In this document: positions 30,741 to 38,623 of the stretch, in pieces
How the letters are laid out: every line of letters begins with the position of its first letter
How positions within the stretch are numbered: the first letter of the stretch is position 1
IMG/VR virus record: IMGVR_UViG_3300034095_000847
Source of the DNA: a virus
DNA: 64,000 nt
Reading direction: 5' to 3' (one strand)
The notes under the pieces: model-generated
Seen by the model: the letters and a program-made list of their open reading frames with translations, nothing else
What the model was told of the DNA's origin: nothing
Databases searched by the model: none
Position numbers and translations under genes: made by a program

Positions 30741-33722
30741 ATGGCAAACGAGTTTGTAGTAAAGAATGGGGCAATCACACCTAATCTTCAATTAACTGGA
30801 TCAACATCTGGTACTATTACTGTTTTAGCAACTGCTACTGCGGGATCAAATACACTTACATTACCTGCAGTAACTGGAACCGCAGTAACAACGGGTGATA
30901 CTGGTTCTGTTACAAATACCATGTTGGCAGGTTCAATTGCTAACACTAAATTAGCAAATAGTTCAATTACTGTAAATGGATCATCTATTAGTTTAGGTGG
31001 ATCTACAACAATTACCTCAAATACTACTAATGCCTTAACAATTGGCTCAGGCCTATCAGGTACAAGTTTTAATGGATCTGCCGGAGTAACAATTGCAATT
31101 GATTCTACTGTTGCAACTCTTACTGGTATTCAAACTCTTACTAATAAAACTCTTACTTCGCCTGCAGTTACAACTAGTTTAACAACTGGAAGTACATCAT
31201 TTGATTTATTAAATACCACAGCAACTACTATAAATTTTGGCGGAGCATCAACTGCTATATCCATAGGTAATACTGCCCATACAGGTACAACATCAATTCA
31301 ACATGATCTATATGTGTATGGTAATATTACCTTTGGTGGCGGTGCAACTCAATTATCTGGTACCCAACTTGTTATTGATGATCCACTAATTTATATTGGA
31401 GATAATAATGTTGCAGATATTACAGATCTGGGTATTATCGGTGCTTATAATAATGGGACACATCTACATACCGGATTAGTAAGAGATGCTTCTGATAGTG
31501 TATGGAAATTATTTAGTGGAATGACTTCTGAACCTAGTTCATCTACAGTAGATTTTACAGGTGTAACATATGCACCATTAAAAGTCGGAAACTTAGAATA
31601 CACAGGCACACTCACAGGCTCAACAGGCGTACTGAACATCGGCTCAGGTCAGGTTTATAAAGATGCGTCAGGCAACGTGGGGATTGGGACTACTTCGCCT
31701 ACAAGCGGTGTAAAACTTGATGTAAACGGAACAATTAAAATTGGTACTGGTACTTCAGCTTCTGCTGGTTGTATTTTTACAAATGCTAACTTCGGGATGT
31801 TGTTTCAAGCCTATCAAGCATCTCCAGCGCTAGCCGACTTTAGTTGGTTAAATTCAGCAGGCACAGAACGCATGCGCATCGACTCCAGCGGCAAAGTGGG
31901 GATTGGGAATACTAATCCACTAACTAAACTGGATGTTTATGGCGCACAAGTTTTAAATCGAGGGGTAATTCAAGCAATAGATTCAACAGCACAAGCAGCA
32001 GGCACAGGAGCTGGGTTAGTATTGGGTGGATTTTATAGTGCCTCACAAACAACTTCAGGAGTACAAATAAAAGCATCAAAAACAAATGGAACTGCTGGTG
32101 ATTATGGTTTTGATATGTCTTTCTTAACCTTACAAAATAGCACTTCAAATTTAACAGAACGTATGCGCATCACCTCCGCAGGTGGTATTTCTTTTGGTTC
32201 ATCGGGTACAGCGTATGGTACATCTGGACAAGTATTAACATCGGCAGGTAACGCAGCACCCACATGGATAAACCAATCTTCTATAGCTGCTGGAACTGCT
32301 ACTAACATAACAGCCTATACAATAAACCAAAACGTAGGAACTGCAAACGCTGTTCAACATAGTGATATAACAACAGCAAGGGTAGGGTCTTTAACTACTG
32401 GGTATGTGTATTACGGCAATACTGGTACTAAATATGCAGGGTTTGATGGTACAAATTTTGTAACTTCTATGCCTATGAGTTTTAATATTCTGGGTTCTTC
32501 AGCATCTTGCACAGGCAACGCTGCTACGGCTACAACTGCTACTAATGTGTCTGGAGGGTCTGGTGCATTTGGTGGACTGATAAACACAAAAACTAACAAC
32601 GCATCGTTTGCTGGTTCAAATGATTCTACCTTGTCAGTAAGAGGTGACCCCTCGTATGGGGCAGTTATGTCATTTCATAGGGCAGGAGCATATGCAGCTA
32701 ACTTTGGACTAGATACAGATAACGTACTTAAATACGGTGGATGGAGTGTGGGGAGTGTCTATCCTGTATATCACGGTGGCAATCCACAACCAAGTGTAAC
32801 AGGCTCGTCAGGTTCCTGCACAGGCAACGCTGCTACTGCTACAACTGCTACTTCTGCTACTTACCTTAATTCATCAAATTATATTTCAAGGGCAGGGAGT
32901 AGTGGTAACGCTAACACAGATTTCCAAAACACACCAGCTGGCTCTGTACGACACAATGGAGATGATGCAAATCTTACAAATGGACCTGGAAATTCTTGGT
33001 GGTTTTATAATAATTATAGACATTCCAATGGAAGTAACTATTGGGGTACTCAGGTGGCTTGGGGTTGGGAAGATAATGCTAATAGATTAGCTACTAGAAA
33101 CGTATCGGGCGGAGGGTTTGGTGCGTGGGTTTATTATCTAAATAGCTCAAATTATACTTCGTACGCTCCATCATTAACAGGTAGTGGTGCTTCTGGAACT
33201 TGGGGTATATCAGTAACAGGTTCATCAGCTTCTTGCACAGGCAACGCTGCAACAGCTACAACATCTAATAAACTTAATCCACTATCAGGGGATGCTAATT
33301 ATAAACTAGCATATACAGCGGATGGGCAAAGATCTAATGCTGGTGAGTGGGGAAGGGTTGTAATGCAATATCAACCTAATGCTCAGACTTATGGTGTAAG
33401 GGTTGATAGAGCAGATTATGCAGATTCTGCTGGAAATGCAATAGGAGTTGGTCAAACTTGGCAAAACTTACTGACAAGTAGAGCCAAAACCACTACTTAC
33501 ACTAATTCAACAGGACGAACTATTATGTTAGCAGTAACATTTAATGCCCTCGCCAGTGGAGCAGGATGTACTCATATACTCGATGGTGTGACAGTTTTTG
33601 GGTTTGGGTTTTCTGCATCAGGGGGTGCTGGCAGTAATGGAGCTGTTATGTTAGTACCTTCCGGTTCTACCTATAGCGTAACAAATGGCGGCACACTTAG
33701 AACTTGGTTTGAGCTTAGATAA
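30741..33722 (+). CDS. Mosaic distal tail fibre (receptor-binding candidate)
   Basis: F.VKNG N-terminus; GNVGIGT..P and ERMRI repeats; SCTGNAATAT spacers; IGVGQTWQ...YTN.TG..I...W.ELR tip. Confidence 0.85.
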   Translation: MANEFVVKNGAITPNLQLTGSTSGTITVLATATAGSNTLTLPAVTGTAVTTGDTGSVTNTMLAGSIANTKLANSSITVNGSSISLGGSTTITSNTTNALTIGSGLSGTSFNGSAGVTIAIDSTVATLTGIQTLTNKTLTSPAVTTSLTTGSTSFDLLNTTATTINFGGASTAISIGNTAHTGTTSIQHDLYVYGNITFGGGATQLSGTQLVIDDPLIYIGDNNVADITDLGIIGAYNNGTHLHTGLVRDASDSVWKLFSGMTSEPSSSTVDFTGVTYAPLKVGNLEYTGTLTGSTGVLNIGSGQVYKDASGNVGIGTTSPTSGVKLDVNGTIKIGTGTSASAGCIFTNANFGMLFQAYQASPALADFSWLNSAGTERMRIDSSGKVGIGNTNPLTKLDVYGAQVLNRGVIQAIDSTAQAAGTGAGLVLGGFYSASQTTSGVQIKASKTNGTAGDYGFDMSFLTLQNSTSNLTERMRITSAGGISFGSSGTAYGTSGQVLTSAGNAAPTWINQSSIAAGTATNITAYTINQNVGTANAVQHSDITTARVGSLTTGYVYYGNTGTKYAGFDGTNFVTSMPMSFNILGSSASCTGNAATATTATNVSGGSGAFGGLINTKTNNASFAGSNDSTLSVRGDPSYGAVMSFHRAGAYAANFGLDTDNVLKYGGWSVGSVYPVYHGGNPQPSVTGSSGSCTGNAATATTATSATYLNSSNYISRAGSSGNANTDFQNTPAGSVRHNGDDANLTNGPGNSWWFYNNYRHSNGSNYWGTQVAWGWEDNANRLATRNVSGGGFGAWVYYLNSSNYTSYAPSLTGSGASGTWGISVTGSSASCTGNAATATTSNKLNPLSGDANYKLAYTADGQRSNAGEWGRVVMQYQPNAQTYGVRVDRADYADSAGNAIGVGQTWQNLLTSRAKTTTYTNSTGRTIMLAVTFNALASGAGCTHILDGVTVFGFGFSASGGAGSNGAVMLVPSGSTYSVTNGGTLRTWFELR

Positions 33723-33732
33723 GGAAGTAAAA

Positions 33733-34089
33733 ATGTTATACTACAAAGATTTAACTGATGATGTTGTTTATGCTTATGATGAAACAGAAGCATCACAGCT
33801 TCCTTATATTCAACAAGCTATAGGTAATGGTTGGGAAGATATTACAGGTAATTGGCCTCTGCCTCCTGAGCCTACAAGCGCTGAAGAAAATAAAGCTAAG
33901 GCTTCTCAATTACTTTTAGAAAGTGATTGGGTCACGCTCCCTGATGTATTAGACCCTAATACTTTACCCTATCTGACCAATCAAGCTGCTTATTTGACTT
34001 ATAGAGCAGCTTTAAGAGTTATTGCGGTTAACCCTGTTGATGGTGATATAGTATTTCCAGTTAAACCAATTTCAGAGTGGATTACATAA
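33733..34089 (+). CDS. Tail fibre assembly chaperone-like protein
   Basis: AAGGA RBS then ATG 33733; LL.ESDW..LPD, YR.ALR.I and FP.KP motifs; follows the fibre tip. Confidence 0.75.
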   Translation: MLYYKDLTDDVVYAYDETEASQLPYIQQAIGNGWEDITGNWPLPPEPTSAEENKAKASQLLLESDWVTLPDVLDPNTLPYLTNQAAYLTYRAALRVIAVNPVDGDIVFPVKPISEWIT

Positions 34090-34241
34090 TGTTTGGAATA
34101 GATGATGCAATAACTTCAGTAGCTGACCCTGTAGCTTTAGCGGATATTGAAGCTAAGAAACAAGTGCTACGAGATGCAACTAAACAGGTAGATAGCTTGA
34201 CGACACTTGATGAACTTAAAGCAGCCCAACTGCCTGTATAG
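34089..34241 (+). pseudogene. Short chimeric ORF/remnant (50 aa)
   Basis: MFGIDDAITSVADPVALADIEAKKQVLRDAT...TTLDELKAAQLPV*; the C-part resembles the end of fibre-chaperone proteins. Confidence 0.45.
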
Positions 34242-34307
34242 GCGGTGCAACCGCTTGACAAGTCCAAATTGATGAACTGAAAGAACTTATAAACAAAGGA
34301 GAATAAA

Positions 34308-34532
34308 ATGGCAATTACAAAAACACAAAAATTAATTAGTATTACTTATCGAGAAGATATGGTAACTATACCTCAACAGTTATATGTTGAATACCTAATT
34401 ACTCTTGATGACCCAGATGATTCTTCATTACCTGTTTATACTAATAAAGGTTATACATTGGTAGAAGATTCAGATATTAGCAATGAAGAAGAGTTGGTCC
34501 AAAATATGTTCAATTTGGTGTTTAATAAATAG
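34308..34532 (+). CDS. Small hypothetical fibre-region protein
   Basis: AAGGAG RBS; 74 aa. Confidence 0.65.
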   Translation: MAITKTQKLISITYREDMVTIPQQLYVEYLITLDDPDDSSLPVYTNKGYTLVEDSDISNEEELVQNMFNLVFNK

Positions 34533-34553
34533 TATATAAAACTAATTATTGGA
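34497..34553 (+). repeat. Direct repeat copy A (57 bp, 55/57 identical to 35914-35970), containing a late promoter
   Basis: GTCCAAAATATGTTCAATTTGGT.TTT.ATAAATAGTATATAAAACTAATTATTGGA. Confidence 0.95.
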
Positions 34554-34595
34554 ATAGTAAGATGACAATTAATACAAGAGAAGGACTCAAACAAT

Positions 34596-35270
34596 ATGCT
34601 AGTAAGCCATACTAAAAAGTTTATATTTTTAAAAACAATATCTGCCGCTGGAACTTCCATAGAAAGTTACTTAGAAAAGTATTGTATGGATGAAGCAGAA
34701 TGGGAATTAAGAATAAGCACTGAAACAAAAGTAAGTGAGTATGGAATTGTAGGGCAACGGTTTTTAGGTGGCACTGAACGTCCTGAATATTATGCGCATC
34801 AGCGTGCAACTATGTTAAAACCTATTTTAGGTGATGACATATGGAATAATTATTTTAAAATTTGTTCAGTAAGAAATCCATATGAAAAACTTATATCTAC
34901 GTTTTTTAAACTATATCCACATATGAATTCATCAGACCCTAGTTTAGAGGCTCTTTTTTATAGTTGGGTAACAGCGGGACAATTAGCAGAACTTAGCACA
35001 AAAGATTCAGGTATTTACACAATAGACAATGAGCTATGTGTAGATTATGTTATACGGTATGAAAACTTATATGAGGATATGAATGAAGTTTGTACCAGAT
35101 TAGATATTAATTGGAATGAATCATTATTTAATGTATTGAAAAAAGATGAAACCATACAACCATCAAAATATGATTTAATTAAAAGACTTATTACTCCTGA
35201 GATTAAAGAAATTATAGATGTTTGGTATGCTTTTGAATTATCACATTTTAATTATCAATATCCTGAATAA
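34596..35270 (+). CDS. Sulfotransferase family (Sulfotransfer_2-like) protein
   Basis: KFIFLKT..AGTSIE, VRNPYEKLIS.F and DYVIRYENL.ED motifs. Confidence 0.8.
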   Translation: MLVSHTKKFIFLKTISAAGTSIESYLEKYCMDEAEWELRISTETKVSEYGIVGQRFLGGTERPEYYAHQRATMLKPILGDDIWNNYFKICSVRNPYEKLISTFFKLYPHMNSSDPSLEALFYSWVTAGQLAELSTKDSGIYTIDNELCVDYVIRYENLYEDMNEVCTRLDINWNESLFNVLKKDETIQPSKYDLIKRLITPEIKEIIDVWYAFELSHFNYQYPE

Positions 35271-35281
35271 GGTAGGTAAAT

Positions 35282-35914
35282 ATGGCAGACTTTTTAACAA
35301 ATAAAAATTTATTAGGTGTCGTTGGCAACTCATTTTCCAATTTTTATGGGGCAAGTGAGTATTGTCCTGCATCCGGTCCAATAAGCATGAGTCAAATGGG
35401 TACGCAAGCGACAACAAATGGTGATGGTAGTCCAGCAACTATTTATCCGATTGGTAGTGGTGTTGTTGACGGTGGATATGTGGTAGGTAATTATAATTCT
35501 GGCGATGATGTTCGTCGAATCATTTGGAATGGCTTATACGCTGCGAAGGCGTACAAAACCGCTAATACTACTAATACTGTCATTACCACAGCAATGTCGC
35601 AGACAGCTACTTACCCTGCTTCAAACTATGCGTATCTTACAGCTCCAACCGGCACTTGGAGCTTTATAGCTCCCCCCGGTTTTGGCGGTCCCACGATCAG
35701 ATATGCATTTGCCGTCTCTGGCAGATTTAGAGGTTTAGCAGGGGCTAGTCCATACATGTCTGGCACTAATGTATGGACTAGCGGTACGCAATCTACGGCT
35801 ACTACTGCTCCTTACATAGATATTACCACTGGGGTATCAAGCACGGCTACCAAAACAACATTAAATTATTCATACCCATTGAAACTAGGAGGAGCCCAAT
35901 TTTGGTACTTGTAG
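35282..35914 (+). CDS. Putative fibre-tip adhesin (gp38-like N-terminal motif, possible C-type-lectin-like C-terminus)
   Basis: PASGPISMS motif; IGS...GGY..G; VWTSGTQ...A......G.....K pattern; higher GC than neighbours. Confidence 0.45.
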   Translation: MADFLTNKNLLGVVGNSFSNFYGASEYCPASGPISMSQMGTQATTNGDGSPATIYPIGSGVVDGGYVVGNYNSGDDVRRIIWNGLYAAKAYKTANTTNTVITTAMSQTATYPASNYAYLTAPTGTWSFIAPPGFGGPTIRYAFAVSGRFRGLAGASPYMSGTNVWTSGTQSTATTAPYIDITTGVSSTATKTTLNYSYPLKLGGAQFWYL

Positions 35915-35970
35915 TCCAAAATATGTTCAATTTGGTATTTGATAAATAGTATATAAAACTAATTATTGGA
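35914..35970 (+). repeat. Direct repeat copy B, containing the gp13 late promoter (GATAAATA)
   Basis: Matches 34497-34553. Confidence 0.95.
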
Positions 35971-35978
35971 TCATTAAG

Positions 35979-36959
35979 ATGGCAACAGTAAATACAAGGG
36001 AAGGTTTAAAACAATATGCATTAAGAGCATTAGGTGCACCAGTGCTTGAAATAAATGTTGATGATGATCAACTAGAAGATCGTATTGATGAAGCAGTAGA
36101 ATATTGGAGATTATATCATCCAGAAGGTATTGAACAAGTATATGCCAAATATATGATTACTGCTTCTGTGTTAAATCTTACAACTAATAATGCTGCATCT
36201 TTTGGTGATGCAACTGAAGTTACTGGAGCAACATCTGGTGCTACAGCATTTGTAGTTTTAGATGAAGGTACTAGAACAGAATCAAGAACATCTACAGGAA
36301 ATGTTCTTCTTGTAGTTAATATAACCGGTAATTTCCTTGCTGGAGAAACTATTTCAAATGATATAATTTCTGCTACATTAAGTTTAACTTCTCCAGTAGT
36401 TAAAGGTGTATTTGATAATAGATATATTACGCTTCCTGATTTATTGTATGGTGTGACTAGAGTTATTCCTATGTCTCAAGCATCTTCTTCAAAGAATATG
36501 TTTGATTTACAATATCAATTACGTTTGCATGACTTATATGATGTTACATCTACATCAATGATCTATTATAAGACAGTTATGCAACATCTTGATATGTTGG
36601 ATTTCGAACTTAATGCCAAACCTGATATTCGGTTTAATAGATTTACAAACAAACTATATCTTGATATTAAATGGCAAGCAGATGCTCTTATTGGTCAATA
36701 TCTAATGGTTGATGGTTATGGTGCTTTAGATCCTGTCACTGCTCCTAGAATGTGGGGAGAGTTATGGTTAAAACATTATACAACTGCATTGTTTAAAAAG
36801 ATGTGGGCAACTAATATCAAAAAGTTTTCCGGTATACAACTTCCAGGTGGTGTAACATTAGATGGTGATTCTCTATATAGAGAGGCAGTTGATGAGATTA
36901 AAGATTTAGAAGATGAATTGATGACAAAGTCTGCTCCATTAAGTTGGTTCATGGGATAA
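35979..36959 (+). CDS. gp13: Neck protein
   Basis: LK.Y.LR.LGAPV.EINVDD.Q..DRIDEA and K(F)SG.QLPGGVTLDG motifs. Confidence 0.95.
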   Translation: MATVNTREGLKQYALRALGAPVLEINVDDDQLEDRIDEAVEYWRLYHPEGIEQVYAKYMITASVLNLTTNNAASFGDATEVTGATSGATAFVVLDEGTRTESRTSTGNVLLVVNITGNFLAGETISNDIISATLSLTSPVVKGVFDNRYITLPDLLYGVTRVIPMSQASSSKNMFDLQYQLRLHDLYDVTSTSMIYYKTVMQHLDMLDFELNAKPDIRFNRFTNKLYLDIKWQADALIGQYLMVDGYGALDPVTAPRMWGELWLKHYTTALFKKMWATNIKKFSGIQLPGGVTLDGDSLYREAVDEIKDLEDELMTKSAPLSWFMG

Positions 36960-36962
36960 ATC

Positions 36963-37868
36963 ATGACAACAACTAATGTATATTTTACGCATGGTACTAA
37001 AAACGAACAATATCTTGTAGAAGATCTAATAATTGAATCACTTCGTATGTATGGAAATGAAGTGATGTATATTCCTAGAACATTAGTTGCAAAAGATAAT
37101 ATTCTAGGAGAAGATAGATTATCTCAATTTAAAACCGCATTTCCAATAGAAATGTATTTTGAAAACATTGATTCATTTGGTGGTCAAGGATTCATGATTC
37201 AAAAGTTTGGATTAATGGTAGAACAATCAGCAACTCTTGTTGTTGCTAGAAGAAGGTGGGAACAATTTGTAGGCAGATATGGGGTAACAACCGTACCTAC
37301 TAGACCAAATGAAGGAGATTTAATATATTTCCCATTGTCAAAAGGTTTATTTGAAATTAAATTTGTACAACATCAAGATCCATTCTATCAATTAGGCAAA
37401 TTATATGTCTATAAACTTCAAGTAGAATTGTTTCAATATGCATCTGAAAGAATTGATACAGGTCATACTGATATTGATGTATTTGAATCATTAAAAACAT
37501 TCTCTACTGATATCACAGATAGTAATTTCGGTGAGGTAACTGCTATTAATATTACAAATACTGGATCTGCATATTCAACTGCCACAGTACAATTTACATC
37601 TTCTACTGGATATGGAGCAACTGCAACCACGGTTATTGGAACTGGAAGTAATGCCGGTAAAATTGTTGATATTATTATCACTAATCCAGGTACAGGTTAT
37701 AAATCAATACCTTATGTTGAAATAATTGGAAATGGTACTGGAGCAGTTATTCAAGCCGTTGTTAAAGTTAATATAGATAAACCAGATTCATACGGTGATA
37801 ACAACTCATTTTTAGATGAAGCATCTACTGTTGTATGGAATACTAATAATCCGTTCGGAGATATTTAA
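36963..37868 (+). CDS. gp14: Neck protein
   Basis: EQ.L.EDL..ES...YG....YIPR, RP.EGDLIYFP, FEI.FV....PFYQLGK and terminal NPFG motifs. Confidence 0.95.
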   Translation: MTTTNVYFTHGTKNEQYLVEDLIIESLRMYGNEVMYIPRTLVAKDNILGEDRLSQFKTAFPIEMYFENIDSFGGQGFMIQKFGLMVEQSATLVVARRRWEQFVGRYGVTTVPTRPNEGDLIYFPLSKGLFEIKFVQHQDPFYQLGKLYVYKLQVELFQYASERIDTGHTDIDVFESLKTFSTDITDSNFGEVTAINITNTGSAYSTATVQFTSSTGYGATATTVIGTGSNAGKIVDIIITNPGTGYKSIPYVEIIGNGTGAVIQAVVKVNIDKPDSYGDNNSFLDEASTVVWNTNNPFGDI

Positions 37869-38608
37869 TGTACGAAACTCCATTTTATCACGGAATTATA
37901 AGAAAAACTATTATTGGTTTTGGCAGTCTTTTTTCTAATATAAAAATAGAAAGAAAGGAAGGTGGTTCTGTTACTGGAACTACAATTCAAACCTTAAAAG
38001 TTCCTATAGGATATGCACCAAAGGAAAAGTGGCTAGTAAGAATAGATTCTGATCCTACTTTAGAAGGACATACATATACATCATTGCCTAGAATATCCTT
38101 TGAAATTACCGGTTATTCTTATGATTCTGTAAGAAAAACAAACAGAATGCAACAAATAAAATGTGGTGATGGTTTAAGTTCTCTAAGTACATTAAGTTCT
38201 GTTGTTCCGTATAATCTTGACATTTCATTGTATATTTTGACAAAAACTCAAGAAGATGCATTACAAATAATAGAACAAATTTTACCTACATTTACTCCTG
38301 AATACACATTATCAATTAATGCAGTTCCTGAAATGAATGTTATTCAAGACATTCCTATTATTTTAAATAGCATTTCGGTTCAAGATGATTATGATGGAGA
38401 TTTTACTACTAGAAGATTTGTAACTCATACATTAAATTTCACTTTGAAATTAAATTTATTTAGCGGAAATAGCACAAGTGGTATCATTACTACTGTTAAA
38501 GCAAATATTAATGATATTATTACTCAACAACCACTTAGTAATTATACTGTTATTGGTGATCCTGCTGATGGTAGTATTACATCAGAATCATGGTTAGAAC
38601 ATTTTTAA
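37868..38608 (+). CDS. gp15: Tail sheath stabilizer/terminator
   Basis: FYH..IRK....FG.LF, VP..Y.PKEK, LPR.SFE and QI.EQILP.F.P motifs. Confidence 0.95.
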   Translation: MYETPFYHGIIRKTIIGFGSLFSNIKIERKEGGSVTGTTIQTLKVPIGYAPKEKWLVRIDSDPTLEGHTYTSLPRISFEITGYSYDSVRKTNRMQQIKCGDGLSSLSTLSSVVPYNLDISLYILTKTQEDALQIIEQILPTFTPEYTLSINAVPEMNVIQDIPIILNSISVQDDYDGDFTTRRFVTHTLNFTLKLNLFSGNSTSGIITTVKANINDIITQQPLSNYTVIGDPADGSITSESWLEHF

Positions 38609-38623
38609 ATTTAAATTTTTATT

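Noticed and set aside
33685-33732. Track start for the chaperone ORF (also the TTG starts at 8599, 22901 and 55397)
   Set aside because: Downstream ATGs at 33733, 8611, 22916 and 55412 have better RBS or spacing and avoid overlaps
35282-35914. Diversity-generating retroelement
   Set aside because: No reverse transcriptase and no adenine-variant template repeat seen in the window; only a possible target-like fold
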